The notes under the pieces: generated by a model
Databases searched by the model: none
Told to the model about the DNA's origin: nothing
Seen by the model: the letters and a program-made list of their open reading frames with translations, nothing else
Origin: Trichoplax adhaerens
Lineage: Eukaryota > Animalia > Placozoa
NCBI RefSeq assembly: GCF_000150275.1
Contig: NW_002060947.1
Span: 5,433,229 to 5,497,228, forward strand
Length of the DNA stretch: 64,000 bases
Reading direction: 5' to 3'
Translations under genes and position numbers: made by a program
Part shown: positions 28,301 through 40,900 of the stretch, piece by piece
How the letters are laid out: each line of letters begins with the position of its first letter
Position numbering within the stretch: the stretch's first letter is position 1

Positions 28301-31300
28301 AGCTAATTCTAGAAACTGATTATCTCTTGTTAGAAAATTGAACGGGAATACTTATAATCTCTACCAAATCGAATTGTAGGTAAAAAAGAACTTACAAATT
28401 TTGTAAGGAATTCAGCTGTTGTTGAGAGAAAAATTGTCCTTGAATTGTTTGTAATACTCCATTTGAAACTAATCTAAAAGTCCGAATGAATTTCTAAATG
28501 ACCCTTGATATCACTACTAACGTACAGCCTCAATTTAGCCAATAGTTTAAAGCCTATGCTATTTATTCGGACTTACAATGTTCTGAGCTTACGTAATGGG
28601 TAGAATATCTCAGGTTCAAGGGCTAAAATATTATTCTGTTCTATATTCCTACAGATATTTTGCAGAAAAGATATCGGTAACGATTAAATATTGATAATAT
28701 AGTAAGAATTTTATAGCTAAAGCATTATTCATCGCGATCTAATACACTATAAATATTTCATAATAAAAATTAGTTTAACATCATTACTAGTCATTTGACT
28801 CCCATCTATTAAATTATCGATGTAATCTAAGCGGATTTAAATTAATAAAATGGATAATATAGCTTTCGATTTTTGTATCTTAGGAAGTACGAGATATTTC
28901 CTACAAAATTTGTCATCGGATCGAATACCACCTTATTTGATGGTAAAACTAGTAATAGCAAATTTGTGAGCAATAAGTATTTGTGAATTAATTCATAAAC
29001 CAACTCACAAAAAAAGTAATCCTGAGCAATCGCTAAGGCTTTTCGGTTCAATCCATTTTATCCGACATCCTTCTAAATTTCTGTAATATTAAATTTAGGT
29101 ACTTAGAATATTTAAAACTTTCGTCTTTGGTCCAAAATGTGCTACTTAATAATACAAGTAGCTTTCACGTCAATTTTTTGTATGGATATTTATACAAAAT
29201 GGTTCAGTTATGACTTACAAACTTTTAAGTTTAAATAAATTTTTAAATGTCGTAGAATTAATTCTCTGAATATTATTCCTTGCTAAAGATCTGTCAATGA
29301 TCGAAATCGGATTCAAATAAAAATTAGAAGATTGATTAAAGAAATTTAAGAGACTGGCAAATCGTGAAAATCGTCCCTTAGATAAATTATTTACAGTATC
29401 GACTTTTCTAAATTACGTTAACTATGTTCTGATACTTACAAATGGGCCAGAGAAGGTAATCTGGTAAATGCTCCATCAGTAATTGAGTTAATTTCATTTT
29501 CATTTAATAACCTAGAAATATTCGACCGTAAGATTGCAAATTAAGTTTTTAGGTATATTTTAAAACATCAAATTTTTAAAGTGCTTGGTACATGCTATAA
29601 TAACAAAGATAAAACATGAATATACTATATGAAATAGCCTTACAGTGTTTCTAAACTTGTCAAATGAAACATTTTAGCATTTATCATGCTTAACCGATTA
29701 CCAGCTAAATTTCTGGTCATAAATAGAAATTAGATTAGCATCTAAATTAACACTACTGAATTATTAAAAATTCGAAACTGATTAATTATTCGAAAATCTT
29801 ACATAGTTCGCAAAAATTTGAAACCATTGTTATTAAACGCGTCTTTCCCAATATCTTTAATTCTACAGTTGCTAGCTGAACTACAAAATTAAAAGTTAGC
29901 AGACAAAAGATTAGCCCTACAGAGCATTCCATTCTACTGTACGTGTATGCAGGATACCAGAATCAAATCATTTAAAATAATATACTACAATGTTTCACAG
30001 TTTAAATTTTACTACTTCTTTTTGAGAAACATTACAGTATAGTTGTGATCTAAATGTACTACCGGATAATTATTTTTAAGTGAAATTAAGAGTTAAAGTT
30101 GATTTCGTTTTAATTAGTCAAAGTTATATAAATTCGTAACTAACACTTGCATATGATGATTATCAACTAATAATCTACGACTTATTATTAGTTATTACGT
30201 TAATAAAACGGGAACATATGATTATTTCCAAACTGAAAATCCTCCTTCTCTAATTATATAATACTATCACGGTATGATTGCAATTTCCTGTAATTCAACT
30301 GCTGTAATATAAGACATAAAGCTAGATACCATTAGATTATGCAATATGACAGAAACCTAATTAATTTCTGAAGATTTATGTAGAATTGTAGTTTTCTTCA
30401 AACTAGATAAATAACAATATATTACATCAGATAAATTATCTCATTCTACTAAATTTTTAGAAAGATGAAGAGAATGCAAGGATAAATTATTCCCATAATT
30501 ACCAGGTATAAAAATTAAAGCCATTTATCATTAAGAAACTTACAAATATACGAGCTGTGTCAGACCGGCAATGATACCAAGGCGAATTGATGTTATGGGA
30601 TTGTTATTAAGGGATCTAATTTAATTCAAATCATTAATATACCACATGAAAGTATATTGGTAGAAAAACAGTCTCTACTATATCGTCAATTACTGGTAAA
30701 TTCAGTAACGAAAGGGAAGATGTTTTATTATACGTCATTACAGTGATATTAGGTTTGCCAAATCATCAAATGTTCCGTCTTCAATGTAAGTTATAGAATT
30801 TCTTGATAAAGATCTAATTAAAAGGCAAATAATAAAAATTTTTTTTATTGCCGATTTATTGATAAAGTTAAGTTTCTTCTCATAGTAGATCATTTTCATC
30901 TAGAAGTAATTTACAATTGTTTTAAATTTGATAATCCCGAAAACATTCCTCTGTTTACTTCAACCAAAGAGTTGATTTCCAGCGTTCTACGTTAATAATA
31001 ACAAAAGCTAACATATCAATTTTTCGTATCATTTCTTGAATAGTTATTAGCTGCGAATATACTATTCTATTATAGTAAATTTTATAAGCGTTTACTATGG
31101 ATTATCTTGCTTTCTAATATAGATTTATTAAATCACTATCAACTACTCTCTACGATGAAATCATAAAATCAATTACATTAAAGGTAGTCAAATTTTTAAA
31201 TGAAGTATGATCAACTATTGACTTTGTTGATTGTATAGTTAAAGGTATAATGTTGAATAGACAGTAAACCCAGATAAGTATTTGATAGGCAAAACAGAAA

Positions 31301-33945
31301 TAGAGCTCGCAATCCAACACTTCCATTATTAGCCAAACTCGTTATTTTAACGGGTATATACTGCTAGTGAGATATGAAATTATTTCTAAAAATCCTTCGT
31401 TAAGGTTTATCAATACTAGTAAAGTTTTTGGATATCCTTGTTTATATTTATTCACCACTTGTTCAATAAAAATACGCGTATTTATAATAAATGGAAGGTA
31501 AATGGCATAAGTTTTTCTATATAATGTACGTATTCTTACAGATTTGTGAGGTATTGCAAGTTTTGAAATGATCCGTTACATATTGTTTTAATCTTGTTTG
31601 CAGCCAAATTTCTGTATATCCGGATTAATAAATAGTTGACAATCGTTAAATAATTAATTAAAAAATGACTCAAAGTATCCATTGATAAAATACACTCATC
31701 TATCCGAGATGAAAAACAAGCTTACAATATTAAGAGCCCACGTAATCCATAAAATGTTTTATTACAAATTTCTTCAATAGCATTGCTGGCTAAATTCCTT
31801 TATGAAAATATAACGTATTAATTATGAATAATAACTAGTTCATCGTTTACATTAGTGTCAATTAGTACACATTATTTTACTAAAAGAAATGTGAATTTAA
31901 AAATGCCCTCAACTCTAAAGATTATCAAGCATTACAGGTTTATGAGATTAGGAATCCATAGAAATGGATTTTCGTCCATAGAATCGATTGAGTTGTCATC
32001 TACGAATCTTTCAAATATAGCAGATAAAAATATCCAAAAATAGCGAGGTGAAAAAGTGGTTTTAAAGTAAGTGTCAATAAAATAAATCATAGCGAAAAAG
32101 GACGTACAACTCTCTCAGATTTGGTATTCCAATGAAATGTTCATTGCGAATACGCTCGACTTTATTGGCTTGTAAGTTTCTAGAGATAGGTCAAATTAAT
32201 AGACCAGAGCAAATTCAGTATTTAACAGAATAAAATGATGCAAATAATTCTATATTCGATTTATAGCTCGGCCATGAAAATTAAAAGAAAGTAATGTATT
32301 TATTTTAGGATCGTAAAAATTGTTGAAGTCTGTTCTTATTTGAAATATTTACAAAAAAATACAGTTAAAATATATATGTGTAAAACTTCTAACGTATCGT
32401 AGGGTAATATAACAATATTATTATATTTTTAGCACTAATATGAGTATACTTATCATTAGAATCTCAACCAGATTACATACCAATTTATCCATGTGTCCAA
32501 TTAGATACATAGCTGGCATTACATGCATTTTACTGTTTATATTACTGTAATTTACAGGAAATTGATCAGAATTTATAGTTACGCCTTGCACACGAGATAA
32601 TTTCAAAGTAATAATCAAATTGAATAAGGCGTTACTAGTAGTAATTAATGTATTAATTTAATTTTTATTTTGGAATAGAATATATATATAAGTTTACAGC
32701 TATTAATAACGCCTTCTAGATGGTTTAAAGAAAATTTGATTTGACAACACTGCTAGGATAAATCGTCAATAACTACATATTTCAAAGTTATTAGATAATC
32801 CAACATGTACAAAGACAACGATATTATGGCGTAATGCGATAAAACTTACCTCGATTTCAAATTAGTTGTTACTCTATAACTAAGAAATATTATTTGGGTT
32901 CATAAATTCATATTCAATAGTTATGAACAAGTCGCTTAGTTTTTTAAAGCGTAATTACTGTCAATTTTTGTCAAGGTGTTAATTTTGTATCCCTCTTAGT
33001 AGCTCGAAATATGAAAGTTGTCAGGATCTGTATACATGTACACAATGATGTATACAAGTTCGTAACTAATAATTACAACTAGTTCATTGTAACTCTACCT
33101 AAGCTTCAGTAATACTTATAAATAGTGTAAGGTATGATTGTAGGTATGACAACGATTCTAACTTCAATTTAATAATGCAAGGTGTTATAAATTGCATCAT
33201 AAAATATACTCACAGCGTAGTCAAATTGCTCAAGCCACTAAAAGTTCGATTGGAAAGATATTCGACGTCATTATGGATTATCTGTCCTATTTCATTATTA
33301 AAAGTGTTACAAATTCATATTTCTACTTATAATATCAGCTTTTGCTATTTCTGAAATATCAATTTATATATACATATGCAACAGTTAAATAGTACAGAAT
33401 ACAGTATCCATCAACTCCACATAACGGTATAGACATACAATATTTGCAAGTTCGGATATCGCAAAAAGCTATAAGGTGGTAATAGCTCCAAATAACTGTT
33501 TCTAATCCACCTGTAATTATAATAAATAATATGCTTGAATTAAGCTTTTATGGGGTGGTATGGAATAGGGTATTTTCATTTGAAAATTTTCTTTATAACA
33601 TTAGCGATAAGCTTTGAATTACATGTTTGTCTTCGTTTTATCCGTTGTGCTCAATTGGATAACAGAGATTGATATATCAACGCAACTGATCGATTGATTG
33701 TTACAAGTACAGCCAGTGACGCAAGTCGAGGAAGTAGCTAGAGAAAAGTTAAAGGTATTAAAATTTTAGCAGATATCTTAGATAGAGCAACTGTTACGAT
33801 AATTAAAACTCTTTTTCATATGATCAGTCTAGTCAAATGGAGAAGGAAGCTGCTATCCAGTAAACTTACCGTTAGGTAAAAGGGCAATACATATTACTAT
33901 TGACAGAGGGAGCATATACGTTGAAAGTGATATATAGCCCATCAT
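15027..33945 (-). CDS. Very large leucine-rich-repeat-containing GPCR (LGR-like, rhodopsin class), ~49 exons, roughly 1600 aa if all intact exons are included
   Basis: Signal-peptide exon 33870-33945 (MMGYISLSTYMLPLSIVICIALLPN). LRRNT exon 33623-33737 (CVTGCTCNNQSISC). About 46 LRR exons between 17410 and 33510. Terminal hinge+7TM exon 15027-16320. Intron phases are compatible along the chain except for one exon (33214-33286). Linkage across the N gap at 21312-21361 is assumed. Confidence 0.8.
23241..23690. repeat. Diverged direct duplication (~140 bp, period ~300 bp) in an LRR-GPCR intron
   Basis: 'gaagtgactgagtgatgaggaattgcattgtag...agctatccgtaagataagagatag' (~23241-23380) versus 'gaaggtagctaagtgatgctgaattgtactgtaa...agctatccgtaggataagagatag' (~23544-23690). 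Confidence 0.75.
24816..24881 (-). pseudogene. Decayed LRR exon with in-frame stops but intact splice sites
   Basis: ag|A AAT TTA GAC TAA ATA AAT ATA ... CAT TAG ... TGG CT|gtaag. It is 66 nt, phase 2-2, and begins NLD* like neighbouring LRR exons. Confidence 0.6.
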
Positions 33946-36900
33946 TACTTACATTTAGCTAAATAAGATTGAAAAGAAACCTTATTATTATCATTATTAT
34001 TACCTATATATTTGTTATGAATCATATGCTGTTTCGTATAAAAAATTTAATAAATTTCGATTAAACGTGATTTTACGTAGCTAACATTGGCTGCATAATA
34101 TTAATATAAAACTGATCGTAATCTATGTATCATACTCTGAAATAAAAATAACTGGCAATTTTAAACATTTTAATTTTTAAATTTTAATCAAGTACAAGTA
34201 AACGGTGCTGATAACTGAAAATGTTAGATTATATCGTTGTTGAAATTGTGTATTAGAATAGATATTTTAAGATGCAATCGAGTACATCAGATGCCTGACA
34301 CTTCTATCTTTAAAGATCTTTTAATGATTTCTAAATTGAAATCTCCTTGAAGAAACGAAACGAAATTTGATGATAGATTCTAACCTTTATTCGTTCAGTT
34401 TTAACCTTTGTTTTAGCGTAACAATTTGATCGTAATAGGTGAAATTGCCAGAAATTATAATATTTTTGTTATAAGGTTAATCGGCTAGTAGAAGAATTGG
34501 TGAATTTCATTGTACAACATTGATATAAGTAGATATTTAAACATTTGCATCGATTGCTAAACTAACTAAAAGCTTTCTTGATGAAAAGCGCCTTTAATCA
34601 ATCTAATCACAACGGATAATCTAGAGAAAGCTTTTTAATGGACAATTTCCTGAAATTACGGAAAATGCAATGGCGATTATATTTCGAAATTTTGATTTAA
34701 TTTAAATTGGCATGTGATTAGATCCAATAATAATTTGCTAATAATTGCATATGATGTCATAAACGACTTCATACGCTATTCATTGTTGGATAAAATTCTC
34801 CTTATTTTCCTTTACAATGGATTAATTAGTGACTGCTAACATGACGCCATTTATACAAATAGATCATGAAAATCATATAAGTATTTTATAATATCATTTA
34901 CTATTGGAATTGGTATTAATTTTGTTTTCTCCTATTTATTATTTAAGCAATATATAGCAATCATACCGTCTTTACAATTGTGTTGAAATAAGACAAAAAA
35001 TTTTACCATATGCTTACTTCTATAAACATATTGAAAAATTGGGCTTGGTCTGCAATAACGAATTGTGCAAGGTTACCAGGCATCATTATAACAGCTGATT
35101 CTATACTAGCTACAGTATATGACTCTCAATATCTTATGATAGCTCTTCATTTTGACAATTTTACTCCGTGGTATTGTATAAATATGAATGGTTTTTGCAC
35201 GCTTGTTATAGTAACAGTATTTGCTGAGAGCTCAAGGCACTCCAACTAAAGTTCTAATAGTATACCCTGTTTACGACTAATAATTTTCTTTATTACTTGG
35301 TATTCTCTTAACCAATCACTATCGATATCGTATACATCTATCACGTTAGATAGTAATCGCTTGGTAATTTTGTTCATCATGGTAGAATTATATGGTAGAA
35401 TTATAGGTAACTTTACTGCAATAGTTGTTCTATTATCCGGCTAATGCTACAGTAGTGAGATAACAAGCAACAATAATATGTATATCTTATTGTCACAAAA
35501 CTACTTTGCAACCAGATAAAGTAATGTATGATCAATAAGTCAATTCCTTGAACCACGTATCAAGAAACGATATCTACACTATCAGAAACACTTTTGCTCT
35601 ATTAGCAAACTAGACAAAGACTTAAACGCCTCGTATTCTGCGTTAAACACTAAGTTTAAGAATCGACTTTATTACACGATATACTTCATTTATATACAGT
35701 ACTCTTCCTCAATAGTTCATGAATCATAGTTAGTACGATTGACTTTGGAATCATTCACTGAATTAGATAATAATTTTAGCTACTGCTCCCTTAATACAGA
35801 CAACAGTATTTACAAACATAGACATATGATGACTAATACAGAATAGTCAGATTACGATAAGTCTCCTATCACAGAACATTTCGACGATAATTTACAATCT
35901 ACCATAAGTAAGTTACAATCACAATGATTCGAACTGTAATTAGATAATTTGCATTCCTACTATAACTATTAATTTCAGTATGTGTACATGTGTCACTGTC
36001 ATAAAAAGTCAGTACTATGTTAAAACACAGTATATCCAAATTAGAAGTTAACTAAATAAGGACTAGCTAACAGAATTATCCTAACATAGATATTTCTACT
36101 CTAATACAGTATATAACACTGTCACACTTATCTACATATACTTGTATATAATACAGATATTTATTAGATGGGAATAAGAACGCCTTAGCAATACAGTACA
36201 ATTCTTTATATATTTTTATTATCATCACCCATGCGTGTATTTCAGATGCAATTCTAGTCCTTTCTTGATTTCAATCGTCAATTCTTAACCACATTACAAC
36301 AATTTAATTATCTATTTTTCAAATGGGATAATTTCTCCTACTAAAAACTTCTGTTTACTCACTTTCTCTTTCATGATATTCTCATTTCAAGATTAAATTA
36401 AAACCGGATGTAGGGTGTTTTACTAAAAAATTTTCTTGAAGAGTAAATATTTGTAGTAAATTTCTGTATACCAGCAATGCGTATGTAAATAAATCAAGCA
36501 TCACCATAACTTTGTACTACATTATTGTTACGGAGCTTGATGCTCCTTGATAAGTGGCTAGTAGTAAAGCTGTCAACCTATCGTTGGACTCGATTTTTAT
36601 AGTATGGGAACAAGTTCGTTTTCCTTTACTGAGGGTCTGCGGAGTTAGTCGAGGAACCTTAAGAGTAGATAGTTTACTTTATGTACGATCACGAAAGCTG
36701 TTTTGTGACAATTATTTAGGTTTGTTACAACTACGATTGCAACACAAACGACTAACGAATACTACAAGATCGATTTCCAATCAATTTCTCAATCGTCCCA
36801 CCAATTGAGCTAAGCCCTACAGCAATTAACTATAAGTCTGTGAGCGTTTACAAAGGTTAGACAACGATGTGCTAGATCGTCTCTCAAACTAGTATCCAAA

Positions 36901-37176
36901 ATCTCGTACAAAAACAATCAACAGCTGTGTACGGCAACTTAAGTTCATTTCTCAGCAAGTACAAATGTTCCCTCCAACATCTAAACCGAATATGATATTT
37001 CTAGAAATCTTCAGATCAAGATAACCTAAACCCAGTTTAGATGAGTTATCCAATCACACAATGACAACGCATGCTAAATATTTCCAACACGACTACACTT
37101 AACCTTAATCAAAAACAATCAATTACTTCACCAAGTCTAAACATAGACAACCGGAAAATACATAAGATGATTCACC

Positions 37177-37620
37177 TATTTTCTAGCAGTCTTTGCACGA
37201 CAGTACTATACAAATGATGACTAGGCATGATTTCGTAGCTCAATTTAATTGCTAATTTTCTACAGCCCTGTTACGGCTATGTCATACTGAATGCTTGCAT
37301 AATGAATTCTACTGTTTGTATATATCACTGCTATGCAAAATTGATAATTTTGCTATGACAATTTTGCATAGCAGTGGATATATATATCGTTCATTTCAGT
37401 ATTGTGTACAGTTCGCCTAAGTATTGTCGAACACGATATCATGTAGTCATAAGCATTACCATAATATCATACTACATTAACGCTAGCCATGGACAACGAG
37501 GGAAATAATTCCCAAATAGATCATGCAATTTACATATTTTCTAGCAGTCCTTGCACTTTAGTACTATACGAATGATGACTAAGCGTGATTTCATTGCTAA
37601 ATTTGTCGCTAATTTTATTA
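37177..37620. repeat. Two ~85-bp direct repeats flanking a perfect 18-bp inverted repeat
   Basis: 'ttttctagcagtc.ttgcac...agtactatac.aatgatgacta.gc.tgatttc' at ~37177-37260 and ~37535-37620. Hairpin arms cactgctatgcaaaattg (37326-37343) and caattttgcatagcagtg (37359-37376). Confidence 0.8.
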
Positions 37621-37951
37621 TACTGTCTAAAAAGATGCTCATTGCTCAAAGGCAGCGATCATGTTCGAGTAAAAGGTGCAGTACAACGAGGGTGTCCAAT
37701 ACTCAGTGTCCTGGACGAGAGACAGTATAGCAGCAATGGACCCACTAGGTGTAATTTTGTCATTGGTTACTACCAGCTGCTCATACCATAGTAAACTATA
37801 ATACTGTTGTCATGGTAAAATTGTAATAGGAATGATTTGTACAGTACTGCCATACGTAAACTAGGCTAGTGGAAGTTTCTGCCTGCTTCTTGCTTAGCTC
37901 TTTCCATTATGCCATCAAGAAATCTGTGACTCTATAATTTCAACAAGAAAA

Positions 37952-40900
37952 ATGGCTGAAACTGATGCAGTAAACGATGGTTTGTAATTCATGATAGTCA
38001 AATTTCTTAACAAGATTGTTTCTACCTTCTTAATAGCAGCAATGATTGCATCGAAGGATGCAATGTTATGATCGTCCTAGAAGGATCATATTCCTGCATA
38101 TTTCTACCTCAACGAATACTGTACTGTAGATAATAACTTATAAATAACTGATTCTATTTTTAAAAAGTCATGCTTAAATAACGTTCTACAGATTGCATAA
38201 TACTTCTCGTTGCTCGTATGTCAAGTATGTAACTGGCGAATACTGTACTGTAGATAGTGTTATAAATAACTGATTCTACTTTGAAAAAGTCTTGCTTAAA
38301 TAACGTTCTACAGAGTGCATAATACTTCTCGTTGCTCGTATGTCAAGTATGTAACTGGCGAATACTGTACTGTAGATAGTGTTATAAATAACTGATTCTA
38401 CTTTGAAAAAGTCTTGCTTAAATAACGTTCTACAGAGTGCATAATACTTCTCGTTGCTCGTATGTCAAGTATGTAACTGGCGAATCGTACAGTAGATAAT
38501 GTTATAAATAACTGATTCTATTTTGAAAAAGTCTTGCTTAAATAACGTTCTACAGAGTGCATAACACCCCTCGTTGCTCGTATGTCAAGTATGTAACTGG
38601 CGAATCGTACAGTAGATAATGTTATAAATAACTGATTCTATTTTGAAAAAGTAATGCTTAAATAGCGTTCTACAGAGTGCATAACACCCCTCGTTGCTCG
38701 TATGTCAAGTATGTAACTGGTGAATACTATACAGTAGATAGTGTTATTTATAACTGATTCTATTTTCAAAAAGTAATGCTTTAATAACGTACTACAGAGT
38801 GTATAATATCTCTGTACGTTGTTCGTATGTCAAGTATGTACCTAGTGAATATTTTTGGATTCTTGTTTGCCAATTTACCTTCGTAGTGCTATTGCACTGT
38901 ATTTTAATCTCTCAAAGTAGGCTTAATTAAAGCAACGCTTTGTGCAGATTGTAAACGTACTGTAGGGATTAGAGTCTAAGACTACAGCACACAGCCTTAT
39001 TCTATTCTTGCGTAAGATACAACTTTCATACGTTGTATTTTACACCTCAGTTAACAACTGTTGATCAATCTCTTTTTGATAACCCATTAATTACTGAAAT
39101 CGATTGATAGTAATAACAATTTATAATTCTGTATCATTTTTATGGCATTTATCATTGAACATTATTGGGTATTCGTGTTACATTTCAATGATGCTAGCCT
39201 CAAGCACAATATTGAAAGACTAAAAATGTTATTGCACATAGAAGGATGAAGTGTTAAAAAACAAATTAATAGTATAACAGCCAGATTGCACTATGCTTGC
39301 TATCGATCAAAAGTGTTGCAAATAGGACTGATTTGATAAATCAGATCAATTTCCACATCGTATATTAAAATATTTTCTAGCTGCTAGTCCACTACTTACA
39401 GCTTCTGTATATAACTCTCATTGCGTTACAATTCCTGTATAAAATTAAAATAAAATTCCAACCTAATCTTTTCTATTCTGCCTTTTATTCTGTATAGACT
39501 TACTGCACCAATCCATTAAAAGGAAAAAATCAAGCGGCAAAGAAGTAAGTTTAGTCATAATCCCCGACGTTAGGCCGTAATTTCTGCTTGAAATAATGTC
39601 ACAAAACGAATCTGCCAATATTCTAAGTACGAGTACAAATACGCTGCTGCATACGTGCATCAATTCGTCTTAGATTGCTCGTCTGTTTGAGATATCGCCA
39701 AAGGACATCGATGATAGTATACAAAGTAGTACAGTATATTAAGCTTGAAAGTAATCGTACACTCAATTTTATTGGTGCATAAGCATACTAAGATAGAAAA
39801 TAGTAATAAGTGTCTCTTATCTCTTTCTATGGTGATATTTATGAATACTGTCCAGAGACAGAAGGCTCAAGCGATGGTAACCTCCTTTCTAAATAATCAT
39901 TTGCCCCCAAGGTATAGAATTTCCAACGAGAATTATCTGCAAGTTATTCAAAAGAGTATTACTCTTGAAAATAAGGGTATCACTAAGATACAAAAAGCTA
40001 AAAAAAAGCGATGTAACATAACTCCATATCGAGAAAAACACAGAGAAAAACTACACTGCAGCTTGGAACTTAGTCAAAGGTACGTTATATAAATCTCTAT
40101 CAACAATTCCCAGGCATTGCCTTAATTGATAGATGTTAGTTGCTAACATAGCTTTAAATGATGCAGGTTTGATGATTATATGCCACTACATAATTTATGG
40201 GTCGATTACATGTCCTGCCTTCTCAACATACAGAAACGAAGTACAACTTCAACCTGGTAAGCAGCTGACCTGATGTGATATACTTGATTTACCGTAACCA
40301 AAACAGTTATGACTTTGAACTTTATAAAAATTACCACAGAGATTTACGTGATGATTCATCATTATGCATAAATTTGATAATGGAGGTATAAACATTGTCT
40401 TTCAGCAGTCTAAGCAAGGAATATACTCAGAAACTTTTAAAAGCGGATTATCACGGCTGCTGGATTACCGGTACAAATGCCACTATGCGTAATTCCGTAT
40501 TGCGAAACCTTTCATTATTTAATAATTTAATCACTTAAACTTTACACTTTACATTCCAGTGACTCGATCTAGGTGTCCGTCCTACATTGGCATATCTGGA
40601 ATTGTGTTACAAGAAACCAAAAATGCTCTTACATTAATTGCACCCAGTAATAAAGTCAAATGTAATTATCCAGTAATGATTGAATATTTAACACACAATA
40701 TTTTAGTGAAAATTTTTTTGTATGATAGTTTGTTACTGTACTGCCAGAACGTTCAATAGTAATTCTATAATTATAGGTTGTTGTATTTAATTTTCTGCTT
40801 AACTGCATCAATCCCATAAACTCAATGAATCATCCTTCATTTATGATAGGCATACCGAAAACAAACAACATTTTCACCTTCAAAATTGGAGATTTAGTTT

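Larger units (their letters stand above)
17410..33510 (-). repeat. Array of ~46 single-LRR exons (mostly 72 nt, range 54-117, multiples of 3, phase 2-2)
   Basis: Examples: 32108-32179 NLQANKVERIRNEHFIGIPNLREL; 30742-30813 SLSRNSITYIEDGTFDDLANLISL; 29440-29511 LLNENEINSITDGAFTRLPSLAHL; 27154-27225 DLSSNRLSLIEDDALIGLSTLQEL; 22984-23055 NLGNNDIRVILSGAFQGLKSLQKL; 18691-18762 YADNNRIRSLTSGCFRGLSNLQAV. All fit LxxLxLxxNxI with canonical AG/GT sites. Confidence 0.92.

Noticed and set aside
35010-35249. 79-aa plus-strand ORF, or an ag..gtaag-bounded minus-strand segment
   Set aside because: No recognisable motif, and the minus-strand frame has internal stops.
38113-38850. CRISPR-like regularly spaced repeats
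   Set aside because: Whole units repeat with no unique spacers, the context is eukaryotic and there are no cas genes.
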